A DNA stretch of 63,250 nucleotides, filler included, from Octopus bimaculoides (Eukaryota), in the NCBI RefSeq assembly GCF_001194135.2. It is 5 parts of 5 records of this genome, joined end to end, with 100 filler letters (N's around TTAATTAATTAA, not from the genome) between each part and the next. Parts side by side here need not be neighbours in the genome. Positions count along the whole stretch, not along the records: positions 1 to 22,135 come from NC_068981.1; 4 more parts are not named here. One strand, written 5' to 3'. The position numbers and the translations under genes were made by a program. Shown here in pieces: positions 1-10,840 of the stretch. Within the stretch, counting starts at the first letter, position 1. Every line of letters starts with the position of its first letter. Under the pieces are notes generated by a model, which was not told where the DNA came from, ran no database searches, and saw only the letters and a list, made by a program, of their open reading frames with translations.

Positions 1-381
1 GGTGGGTGTAAGGAATTGGATGGGGTGGAGTGGGAAGGTAGAGTAGGAGTGTGTTGGGGTGTGGTGGGATGAGCTTATGAGGGGGTGTTGACGATGAAGG
101 GGGAAGGGGAAGGTGGATGTAAGAGAGGGGGAAGATGGGTATGGGAGGGGAAGAGAGAGATAGCTTCTCATAGAAGCTATATGTTCAATACACAGCCTGC
201 TGTTCAGAGCAGAGCAAAATACCCAGCTGGAAATACCAACTAATATCTTAGTAATTATGGAGTACACTACTGAATATGTAAAATGCAACAAGTTATACAT
301 AGATTGCAACATCTGCTTGTTATAAATGCATTAATAAATACTTGTCTGTGACAATCTCATTTATTAAAATGCATTTTAAAT

Positions 382-628
382 ATTCTTTTCTACTCTAGGT
401 ACAAGGCCTGGAATTTTGGGGGAGGGGGCCAGTCAATTAGATCGACCTCAGTATGCAACTGATACTTAATTTATTGACCCCAATATGCAACTGGTACTTA
501 ATTTGTCGACCCCGAAAGGATGAAAGGCAAAGTTGACCTTGGCAGAATTTGAACTCAGAATGTAAAGACAGATGAAATACCACCGAGCATTTCGCCCAAC
601 ATGCTAACGTTTCTGCCAGCTCGCTGCC
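382..628 (-). mobile_element. tRNA-derived SINE, family A
   Basis: Reverse complement starts GGCAGCGAGCTGGCAGAAACGTTAGCA, has the B-box-like GAGTTCAAATTC and ends ...CAGGCCTTGTACCTAGAGTAGAAAAGAAT. Recognisable copies also at about 2120-2306, 18878-19080, 37271-37478, 39291-39505 and 61325-61549. Confidence 0.7.
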
Positions 629-799
629 TTAAAGCATTTCAAATATTACCAGAGTGCAAATGTTACTGTTTCTATGAAAACTGTTTAATGAAAACTATGA
701 GTAACTTATGAAGTCAAGAAGCAGTACTTAGCTGTCTGCAGTTATAAATGGTCAATAAAATTTTAACGAACATCTTGACTTTCCCAAGTTTACTGCAGC

Positions 800-1150
800 C
801 CATTTCATCTTACCTACACCAATGTTTATTGATCCATTCTTCCTCTCTACTCTAATCCCTGTCTATCCATTCTCACCGTATAACACTGTCCATTCATCCG
901 TCATCACTACACTTCATATGTCCCTGCAACCATCCCTTCATCCTCACTACACAATCCACCCATCTATTCAGCCATGCAATCTCATTACTTTATTGTCCAT
1001 CCTGCCATCCAACTCCAGTTTTCTATGTTTTTCATCCATATTCACCAAAATGCATTGTCCATCCATCCTTTCTTGCTACTCCGTCCATCCTTCCGTCTGT
1101 CCAATCCTTCATCCATCCATCTAACTATCCATCCTTCCTTCCTTTGTCCC
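800..1150. repeat. Degenerate (CCAT)n low-complexity tract
   Basis: Many imperfect CCAT/CCATC units; explains the spurious HPSI-rich ORFs at 822 and 974. Confidence 0.75.
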
Positions 1151-1642
1151 TCACTATACTGTGCATGTCATGTAAAATTATTCAGTATATGGTTAGAGCT
1201 AGTTAAAGATAAAATATTGGATAAATATATTTTCTTACATTGTTAAGTAGCTTTTATTATATCCTTATTGCTCCAACCCATGCCGGCATGGAAAACAGAC
1301 ATTAAATGATGATGATGATGATGATACCTTACTTAACCCATTTGTTACCATATTTCTGTTGAGATGCTCTGTGTTTCTTTCAATTAATTTTAGATATAAC
1401 GAAGAATTTAGTAAAATAACTTAATTATCATTAAGCTAGTGTTGGGAACATAAATTGTGACTAAGGTTTGGTGAAAGATTTTAATTCAGAACTTTTGAAA
1501 ACAAGACATTTGTACTACTAGAGGTAGTTTCAACTAGGCTGGTATTGAAAGGGTTAAATTGTAATGCTTCAAATAAACTACAAGATCTTAAATCTTGTTA
1601 ATTTATTCTTTCAATTATTTCTGTTGACTTATTTCTTTCCAG

Positions 1643-1781
1643 ACTTCCTCTCTATGCTGGTGTTCTTATAACCATTGTTGATACTTTCACATTTCTTCTA
1701 CTTGACAAATATGGTCTAAGGAAGCTGGAAGCATTTTTCGGCCTTCTAATCACAATAATGGCATTAATGTTTGGATATGAG
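1643..1781 (+). CDS. NRAMP: NRAMP/SLC11 transporter, internal exon A ([46 protein letters not shown])
   Basis: ttccAG acceptor at 1641-1642 and GTAAGA donor at 1782. 139 nt (1+46 codons). Translation matches the [22 protein letters not shown] segment of vertebrate SLC11A1/A2 and fly Malvolio. Confidence 0.96.
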
Positions 1782-3120
1782 GTAAGAAATATTTGTTTTA
1801 ATTTTAATTTGTGTTACAGCTTTCATGATGTTTTTTTTTTTAACATCTGTTTCTTCCTTGCTGACATGGGTTGAATGGGTCTGCAATACATCATCTCTAT
1901 TTGCATCACATTTCTGATTCATCTCTATGATGATGGCTGCTTACTCCTAATTTTTTTTCTTTCATTTATCGTTGAATTGGATTGCCTACGTTTAGTCCAC
2001 TGCAGGATGAAGGCCCTATCGTGTTCTCTCCACTAACATGGTTTGTTGTGGATGCAGTAAGTTTAAGATCATACTCTGTCACACTTGCTCAACATGGCTT
2101 GGCAGAAGGGTGCAGTTTTTTTATACTCTTACCCAGGAGTAGTTAAATCAATTACATCAACTTCAGTACTTGACTAGTACTTACTTTATCAACCCCAAAA
2201 GGATGAAAGGCAAAGTCGACAATGGTAGAATTTGAACTCAGAACATAAGGACAGACAAAATACTGTTAAGCATTTCTCCTGGTGTGCTAACGTTCTGCCA
2301 GCTCACTGCTTTATCATTATCATATATTCTCTACTGTTTATTTGTAAGAGCCAACAAGGGAGTCCCATCTGGTTACTTAGCCCACTAGAAATAACAGCTA
2401 AATTTCCTTCAAATTACACCCTATCATTTTAAAAAGTGGGGTACACATTGAATAATGTCAAGATGGTATTTTCTTCTTCTCCTACTCTTGTTTTTGCACA
2501 CATCTACAAAATGACTTTCTAAAATTGAACTTCCATTATGCAGCTGAGGAGTACATTTTCATTACACATCTTATGTGGTGTTCTCACTACATAAATAAAT
2601 GAAGTTTGTACGAAACGTACGTACTGCTATAACCTATTGAATTTTTGTTGCTTTTCTTCAAATTTTATTCACCAAATCTCTTGATTTTGTTTTTGGTTTT
2701 TGCCCTACCAAATTCTGGTGCCTCAAACATTTTAAGTACCACATTTAATCTATNNNNNNNNNNNNNNNNNNNNNNNNNNNNNNNNNNNNNNNNNNNNNNN
2801 NNNNNNNNNNNNNNNNNNNNNNNNNNNNNNNNNNNNNNNNNNNNNNNNNNNNNNNNNNNNNNNNNNNNNNNNNNNNNNNNNNNNNNNNNNNNNNNNNNNN
2901 NNNNNNNNNNNNNNNNNNNNNNNNNNNNNNNNNNNNNNNNNNNNNNNNNNNNNNNNNNNNNNNNNNNNNNNNNNNNNNNNNNNNNNNNNNNNNNNNNNNN
3001 NNNNNNNNNNNNNNNNNNNNNNNNNNNNNNNNNNNNNNNNNNNNNNNNNNNNNNNNNNNNNNNNNNNNNNNNNNNNNNNNNNNNNNNNNNNNNNNNNNNN
3101 NNNNNNNNNNNNNNNNNNNN

Positions 3121-3345
3121 NACCACTCAGAGAGTGTAGTGGGTGCTTTTACGTGTCACCCGCACGAAGGCCAGTCAGGCAGTACTGACAACGGCCACGC
3201 TCAAAATGGTGTATTTTATGTGCCATCTGCACAAGAGCCAGTCCAGGGGCACTGGCAACGATCTCGCTCGAAAATCCTTACACATGTCATGGGCACAAGT
3301 GCCAGAAAGGCGATGCTGGGCACAAGTGCTATCCCGATTTCGCTT
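3121..3345 (-). mobile_element. RTE-LINE 3' UTR fragment
   Basis: Shares the aaccactcagagagtgtagtgggtgctttta and gtactggcaacggccac blocks with the copies at 16301 and 21538; truncated by a gap. Confidence 0.75.
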
Positions 3346-3618
3346 TAAGAAAATGAGATCACAAAGTAATAAATGATTATCTTATGAACTTCATTAGCTT
3401 ACTGTTTCTGCTATAAGATGCAGTGGGCTCTTCATATTCAAGGCTCTGATGAAGCTCAGACACTCAACTATGAGTCCACTGCATCTTAGAGCAGAAACAG
3501 TTGTAGGCTGTTATATATATATATATGTGTGTATGTGTATGTATATATATGTGTGCGTGTGTGTGTGTGTGTGTAATGATTTAACATTTTGCTTTTCATT
3601 TCAACTTTATATCTTCAG

Positions 3619-3774
3619 TATGGTGCTGCAGCTCCAAACCAGGGAGAAATTTTGAAAGGCCTGTTTATTCCTTATTGTAGTGGCTGTGGTCCTACACAGT
3701 TGATTCAAGCTGTTGGTATTATTGGTGCTATTATCATGCCTCATAACATTTACCTGCATTCTGCATTGGTTAAG
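3619..3774 (+). CDS. NRAMP: NRAMP exon B ([52 protein letters not shown])
   Basis: ttcAG acceptor, GTAAGT donor, 156 nt, phase 0/0. Contains the TM6 signature GAxIMPHNxYLHSALV with the metal-binding Met and the conserved His residues. Confidence 0.97.
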
Positions 3775-4607
3775 GTAAGTTGACTTTGTTTGGTATGTTG
3801 TAGAATAGTGCAATTGAATACCTAGCATTATGTTTCATGTTATTTTAGTGGGTGATAGAGAAATTCCCACTACCTTGACAGTTGGCATGGTGGCATTTCT
3901 TAAAAAGATGTGTCACCATTCTCAGTGTTAAATGAAATGACATACAAGCATACCTCAACTTATGTCATTTATTCTTTCCAAGACATGTGGCTTTGCTCAG
4001 AAAACGATATCACATGAAAAAGCATTTAAAAAATTTATTAGCTCATATCTGTTTTGATAAATGTTTTGTCCATATTTTCACATGTATTTCATTTGATTTT
4101 CCACTTCAGTATTAATATTTAGGTGTTTTTTTAAAAAATTTTATGCTTTTAAATACTGAGACCAACAAAAGGTCAGATAAGTCAACTGAAATTGAGGTTT
4201 ATTTTTTTCCATTAATTTCTGTAAAAAAATGGTATAAAGTTGAAAAAGTTGTCATTTGAAACAACATAAGTTGAGGTATGTCTGTACATGGAATTAAGAG
4301 CCCTGTCCCAGACTCACAAAAACCTGTTGCTGGTATGAACTTGAGAGCTATAAATTATTAGCTTGATATTCTATTTACTTGGCTATTTCATCTGTAATAT
4401 AAAAACTAAAGTCCTACATTGATTGGCATGATTTAGTAGTCTGTGAAGCTGAAAGCCTTTTTGTGCAGCTAGCAAAAGGATCATATCATCCCACCAATGA
4501 TATATTCATCCATAAAATGAAATTTTGGCCCATTTGTTTGCTTAATTAATTCCTTCAATCTCTGCTCTGCTACCTCAATAACAATTTATTGGCATTGAGA
4601 GTTACAT

Positions 4608-5073
4608 GCAGAAACTGGGGATTGACAAGTTGTTAATAAGAGCTGTACAGGGATGCCATTAGTAAGGTAAGGGTCAGCAATGAATATAGTGAAGAATTCT
4701 GGATTGAAGTAGGGGTTCACCAAGGATCAGCCCTCAGCCCCCTTTTATTCATCATAGTCCTCCATACCCATATCAGAGTTGCGGGGAAATTTGATTAGCT
4801 GATAGTTTCTATATAGCTCACGGTTAGTAACTAGAGCTGCTACAAATGTGAATAAAAATCCAAATTGAGGGAATGGAACAAGTAAAATGCATACTACATA
4901 TGTTTATTAGCTAGCTGAACCTCTGATGTAATAGTTATGAAATGAGAAGTGCTCAACATAGCTAATCTTCTGGATGAAGGTAATTTCAGCCTGATGTTAG
5001 CTAAGCCGAGCACCCCTTATTGCATAACTATTACATCAGAGATTCAGCTACCTAAAAAACATGTAGCATGGAG

Positions 5074-5121
<48 letters not shown>

Positions 5122-5361
5122 TGTCCATTATTCTTTCCTGTATCACCTTCTCTCACTTATCACTCTAGTCCCCCATTTGATTAAGACAGGTTGCCCCTTG
5201 GAGCTCCTCTATGCTGATGACCTGGCCCTCGTAGAAAATCACTACCAGAACTAGATAAGAAATTTCAGGTGTGGAAGCAAGGTTTAGAATCAAAGGGCCT
5301 TAGAGTCAATGTCGCAAAAACCAAAGTCCTAGTAAGTAGGAAGGCAAACACATCACACACT
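4608..5361 (+). mobile_element. RTE-LINE RT fragment, copy 1, interrupted by an insertion of about 410 bp
   Basis: 4608-4764 is nearly identical to about 5455-5607, and about 5180-5360 to about 5625-5800 (ELLYADDL). AT-rich palindromic DNA and (TA)n lie between the two pieces. Confidence 0.8.
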
Positions 5362-7109
5362 CTTAGCCAAAGATAAACCCCTATACTTGGCTTTTGTTGA
5401 CTTGGAGAAAGCCTTTGACAGGGTCCCCCGATCCCTTATCTGGTAGGCAATGCGGAAACTGGGGTTTGACAAGTTGTTAATAAGAGCTGTACAGGGATGC
5501 CATTAGTAAGGTAAGGGTCAGCAATGAATATAGTGAAGAATTCTGGATAGAAGTAGGGGTTCACCAAAGATCAGCCCTCAGCCCCCTTTTATTCATCATA
5601 GTCCTCCAGGTAATAACAGGAATTCAAGACAGGTTGCTCCTGGGAGCTTCTCTATGCTGATGACCTTGCTCTCATAGCAGAATCACTACCAGAACTAGAG
5701 AAGAAATTTCAGGTGTGGAAGCAAGGTTTAGAATTGAAGGGCCTTAGAGTCAATGTCGCAAAACCAAAGTCCTAGTAAGCAGGAAGGCAAACACATCACA
5801 CACCCCTTCAGGTAGATGGCCCTGCTTGATCTGTAGAAAAGATGTAGGTAGAAACTCCATAAGATGTACCCAGTGTAAGCTATGGACACATAAGAAGTAC
5901 AGCAACATCAAAGGAAGATTAACCAGGAAGATAGCTTTCTAGTGTAGCAGATGCACAGGGGCAATAAACACCACACATGCTCAGAAAACAGATTCCATCA
6001 CATGCCAGAGGGAGAAACTAGAAGTTGTTGATAGCTTCCGCTACCTAGGCAACCAAGTCTGTGGGGGTGGATGCTCAGAGAGCATTACCACTAGAATAAG
6101 AATAGCCTGGGCAAAGTTCAGAAAGCTTCTACCTCTACTGGTGACAAAGGGCCTCTCGCTCAGAGTGAAAGGTAGATTGTACGATGCATGTGTGTGAACT
6201 GTCATGCTTCATGGCAGTGAAACATGGGCCATGACTGCTGAAGACATGTGTAGGCTCAAAAGAAATGAAGCTGGTATGATCCGTTCAATGTGTAATGTCA
6301 GTGTGCACACACGACAGAGTGTAAGGGACGTAAGAAGCATCAGATGTGGCATGCAAGAGAGACAACTGTACTGGTATGGTCATGTGCTACGTATGGATGA
6401 GGAGAGCTGTGTGAAGAAGTGCCACTCCCAAACAGTGGAAGGAACCCGTGGAAGAGGGAGACCCAGGAAGACATGGGATGAGGTGGTGAAGCATGACCTT
6501 CGAACGTTGGGCCTCAGAGCCAATGATGAAAGACCAAGACCTCTGGAAATGTGCTGTGACTGAGGAGAGCCGGCAAATAAAGTGAGATCACAGCTGTAGC
6601 CTACGCCAGTGTCGCATAACCACCCCCACCCCACCCCACACAAAAGGTACCTTTGGATCATAGGGCGACATGCCGTGCTTGAGGAAACCTATTGAGTCAA
6701 GTACATCAACATCAAAATCAAATCAAACCACAATCAAATGGAAATTGTAGTTGTGGCTGATGCCAGCCCCCTCACCCCCACTGGCTCCTGTGCCAGTGGC
6801 ATGTAAAAAGCACCATCCGAAGGTAGTTGATGCCAGCACTGCCTTGACTGGCTCCCATGCCGGTGGCATGTAAAAGCACCATCCAAACGTAGTTGATGCC
6901 AGCCCCCTCTGGCCCCTGTATCGGTGGCACATAAAAAGCACCCACTACACTCTTGGAGTGTTTGGCATTAGGTAAGGCATCTAGCTGTAGAAACACTGCC
7001 AGATCAGACTGGAGCCTGGTGCAGCCTCCTGGCTTTTCAGACCCCAATCGAACCATCCAACCCATGCCAGCATGGAAAACGGACTTTAAATGATGATGAT
7101 GATGATGAT
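5362..7109 (+). mobile_element. 5'-truncated, degenerate RTE-clade LINE (RT domain to the (GAT)n tail)
   Basis: Decoded frames give AKDKPLYLAFVDLEKAFDRVPR, ELLYADDLALIAE, FRYLG, HGSETW, LYWYGHVLRM and GRGRPRKTW. Stops and frameshifts are present. The 3' UTR ends ttaaatgatgatgat at 7091-7109. Confidence 0.92.
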
Positions 7110-7625
7110 TACTCCCTGTTGGTCATGTTGCCTTTGCACAAATGGCAGCAACATAGTATAGAGAACATTCCTTAGTCTAGTAATCTCTCTAGTACAAGTG
7201 CTATGATAAAATGCTTCCAACACACTCTGTAAAGTGTTTGATATTGAGAAGGGCATCCAGTCATGGAAACCATACCAAAAAGTGAAACAAACAAGCAAGA
7301 TGTTACCCCTTGAACCATCTTGAGCATAGTAACTCTGAAAAACTCAGACTGTGACAAATCATCCATCCAATAGCAGCATGGAAGCATCATTGTAAAAGTA
7401 CCTGTACTACAATTATTGCTGCTGAAGTTGCAACAGCCTTAACAAAATTTTAAACGTCAAAACTAACTTAAAACTGAGAGGTGTGAAACTAATTACTGCA
7501 AGGCATTTGGTAGTGTACTTGACTATTTTTAACAGTTTATTATTGCCAATTTATTGTTATTTTTAACAGGTGTTATTGTAACCATTTAATATTTTGGTGT
7601 CCTTTTTTCTTTTGTTTTTTTCCAG

Positions 7626-7787
7626 TCCCGTGATATTGACAGAAGTAACAAGAATAAAGTAAAAGAAGCTAACATGTATTATTTCATTGAAGCTGCTATT
7701 GCACTGTTTATTTCATTCCTCATCAATTTGTTTGTAGTGTCTGTCTTTGCTGAAGGTTTCAGTCAACAGGACAATAACAAAACAGTG
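7626..7787 (+). CDS. NRAMP: NRAMP exon C (SRDIDRSNKNKVKEANMYYFIEAAIALFISFLINLFVVSVFAEGFSQQDNNKTV)
   Basis: Long pyrimidine tract + ccAG, GTAAGT donor, 162 nt, phase 0/0. Matches the EAN.YFFIE..IALF.SF.IN.FVVSVFAE segment (TM7). Confidence 0.96.
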
Positions 7788-7865
7788 GTAAGTGTAGCCA
7801 GCAAATGTTGGATTTTTTCATCTCTACCTCAAGCTATAGAGAATGTAAAAGTTAGGCTATCTAAC

Positions 7866-8577
7866 TTCTATGAACATTAGAAGCATCAGTTGTGGCGTGC
7901 AAGAGAGACGATTGCGCTGGTATGGACATGTGGTGAGAATGGATGAGGATAGCTGCGTGAAAAAGTGCCACACCCTAACAGTTGAGGGAACCCGTGGAAG
8001 AGGTAGGCCCAGGAAGACCTGGGCTGAGGTGGTGAGGCAAGACCTTCGTACATTGGGCCTCACCGAGGCGATGACTACTGACCGAGACCTTTGGAAATGT
8101 GCTGTGCGTGAGAAGACCCGGCAAGCCAAGTAAGATCGTTGCCAGTGCCCCTGGACTGGTTCTTGTGCGGGTGGCACATGAGATGCACCATTTTGAGCGT
8201 GGCCGTTGCCANNNNNNNNNNNNNNNNNNNNNNNNNNNNNNNNNNNNNNNNNNNNNNNNNNNNNNNNNNNNNNNNNNNNNNNNNNNNNNNNNNNNNNNNN
8301 NNNNNNNNNNNNNNNNNNNNNNNNNNNNNNNNNNNNNNNNNNNNNGGGTGGCACATAAAAGACACCATTTCAAGCGTGGCCGTTTTCGTGCGGGTGACAC
8401 GTAAAAGCACCCACTACACTCTCTGAGTGGTTGGCGTTAGGAAGGGCATCCAGCTGTAGAAACTCTGCCAAATTAGACTGGAGCCTGGTGTTGCCATCCG
8501 GTTTCACCAGTCCTCAGTCAAATCGTCCAACCCATGCTAGCATGGAAAGCGGACGTTAAACGATGATGATGATGATC
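7866..8577 (+). mobile_element. RTE-LINE 3' end (ORF2 C-terminus + UTR + GAT tail)
   Basis: Open frame RRLRWYGHVVRMDEDSCVKKCHTLTVEGTRGRGRPRKTWAEVVRQDL...REKTRQAK*, then UTR and gatgatgat tail; internal gap. Confidence 0.92.
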
Positions 8578-8996
8578 ATCATCATCATCATTTTCCATGG
8601 TGGCATGGGTTAGACAGTTTGACTGGAATATTTTTCAGTCGGTCCATGGAGTGAATTGTCACATTTATCGACATCGCTGTTGTCATCGGTGGCAGCGGCG
8701 ATTAATACTGTTGTTGATTTATTTCAGATGGGATTTTTCTGCCCACCAACTCCTAAACTAGTTCCATTCCAGTTAGTGAAGTTTCTGTGTGATAACCCCT
8801 TTTGCTTCATACTGGCCATGTTGCAGGTGTAAGTGACCTGGCCATAATGAATACATTGATGTCAAAAGATAATAGAGATAGACAATATGTTAATAGACAC
8901 AAACAGATGACACATTATTCTGTGTACAAAATAGATGACAGCAGACTCAGCAGTAGAAGCACCATGATAGTTTCTGTTGTACTGCAGTAACCAGAA

Positions 8997-9305
8997 GGTG
9001 TGTAGCTTAGTGATCAGGGTATTTGGCTCACAATCGTAAGGCTGCGTGTTTGATTCCCGATGGCCTTGAGCAAGACACTTTATTTCATGTTGCTCCAGTT
9101 AACTCAGTTGGCAAACATGAGTTGTACCTGTAATTCAAAGGGGCCAGCCTTGTCACATTCTGTATCAGGCTGAATCTCCCTGAGAACTATCTTAAGGGTT
9201 ACGCGTGTCTATGGAGTGCTCAGCTGCTCGTATGTCAATTGCATGAGCAGGCTGTTTCGTTATCAGATCGACTAGAACTTTCGTCATCATAACTAACAGT
9301 GTCAT
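8997..9305 (+). mobile_element. tRNA-headed SINE, family B (CCTTGAGCAAGACACTT core)
   Basis: Head GTGTAGCTTAGTGATCAGGG...GTTTGATTCCC, then ccttgagcaagacacttt...ttgctccagt..actcagttggcaaa. Related copies at about 12855-13070 (+), 36365-36580 (-), 52075-52225 (-) and 61085-61317 (-). Confidence 0.6.
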
Positions 9306-9369
9306 TATAGTAACTGGAAAAATTTTGAAATATGTTGGACATTATCTCAATTTTCTTTTTTACTTTGGA

Positions 9370-10195
9370 AAGGAATATGACTCTATTATATGCTTCACTG
9401 GATGTGCAATGTCAGTGTGCATGTTCAACAGTGTAAGCATCTTGAGAGAAAAGTTAGGCATAAGAGGAATCAGATGTGGTGTGCAAGAGAGACAACTGCA
9501 CTGGTATGGTCATGTGCTGTGTATGGACGCGGACAGCTGTGTATAAAAGTGCCAAACTCTAACTGTGGAGGGAACCTGTGGAAGAGGTAGACCCAGGAAG
9601 ACATGGGATGAGGTGGTGAAGCATGATCTTCAAACTTTGAACCTCACAGAAGCAATGACTGATGACCAAGACCTTTGGCAATGTTCTGTGCTTGAGAAGA
9701 CCTTTGCTGGTGGCATATAAAGAACATCTTGGGTCTCATGGAGGCAAAGTGGCTGAATTCCTTTCAAACATTGGGCCTCACGGAGGCAAAGTGGCTGAGT
9801 TCCTTTTGAGCATTGGGCTTCACAGAGGCAAAGTGGCTGAAACTCTGTCGAGTGTTGGGCCTCAAGGAGGCAGTGACCTAGACCTTTGGCATTATGTCAT
9901 GCTTGAGAAGAAAACCCATCAAGCTGAGCAAAATCACAATCATGGCAGATACCAGTGACATGCAAACTAACACCTGTGCTGGTGGCGCATAAACACACCC
10001 CAGCATCACAAAAATGGCACATAAAAGCACTCATTACACTCTTGGAATGGTTGGCATTAGAAAGGGCATCCAGCCATAGAAAACCATGCCAAATTGAACT
10101 GGAGACTGGTGCAGCCTTCCAATGTGCCAGCCCAGTCAAACCGTCCAACCCATCCATGCCAGCATGGACAATGATTGTTAAATAATGATGATGAT
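9370..10195 (+). mobile_element. Older, diverged RTE-LINE 3' end
   Basis: LHWYGHVLCMDADSC and GRGRPRKTWDEVVKHDL blocks, RTE UTR, degenerate atgatgat tail. Confidence 0.85.
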
Positions 10196-10324
10196 TTCTG
10201 TGAAGTTTGTCAGGTTATATGAATAACTATACTATAACTAACAAAAATTGATATCATCAGCCATTGACTCCATAACAGTTAGAACTCCTCTTTACATTAT
10301 TCTAAACACCTTGAAAAAGATCTA

Positions 10325-10540
10325 CGAGGGGTGCTGAAAGTTCCTGGCTTTGGGTAAAAGAAAATACAGGAGGCTCACCTAATTATTATTTTATTCAACA
10401 TATTCCCCTCTCAGATTCACAAACTTTTTGCAGTGGTCCTTCAGTTTTTCTAAGCTCTTTAAAAGAACTCAGAAGTTTGGACTTCCAACCAAGTCTTTCA
10501 CAAGATCCTTAAAGCCAGGAACTTTTCAGCACTCCACTTG
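10325..10540. mobile_element. Mariner-type MITE (216 bp) with TA target duplication
   Basis: TA|CGAGGGGTGCTGAAAGTTCCTGGCTTT at the left end and AAAGCCAGGAACTTTTCAGCACTCCACTTG|TA at the right: imperfect terminal inverted repeats of about 30 bp flanked by TA; no ORF. Confidence 0.75.
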
Positions 10541-10792
10541 TATGGTACAAAACAATACACTCTCCTGTTCTTTACATCATGGATTTTCTAACCATCCTAC
10601 TTTGGGGATATTTAGTTTTCTACATTTAAGAGTCAGATTATGCTATTTTAAAATAACTCCTTACTGTAGCACTACAATCAATCAACCAAAAATTCACTGA
10701 GCCCTTTTGTATATGCTAAACAATTACATACATGCATACTTTATGATTGTTAAAAATAATTCTATTAAAAATATTTAATTTTTCTATTTCAG

Positions 10793-10840
10793 TATGAAGA
10801 ATGTATACAACATGAAATTGCATATGCTCATGAATTTAAT
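10793..10840 (+). CDS. NRAMP: NRAMP small exon D (YEECIQHEIAYAHEFN)
   Basis: tttctatttcAG acceptor, GTGAGT donor, 48 nt, phase 0/0. Supplies the extracellular-loop Cys equivalent to vertebrate VEVC/NIC and keeps the frame between exons C and E. Confidence 0.8.

Noticed and set aside
1-160. G-rich, purine-skewed tract with G-quadruplex potential
   Set aside because: Intronic low-complexity sequence at the window edge with no supporting context.
9729-9878. Regularly spaced repeats resembling a CRISPR array
   Set aside because: Contiguous tandem units with no unique spacers, derived from an RTE end, in a eukaryotic genome.
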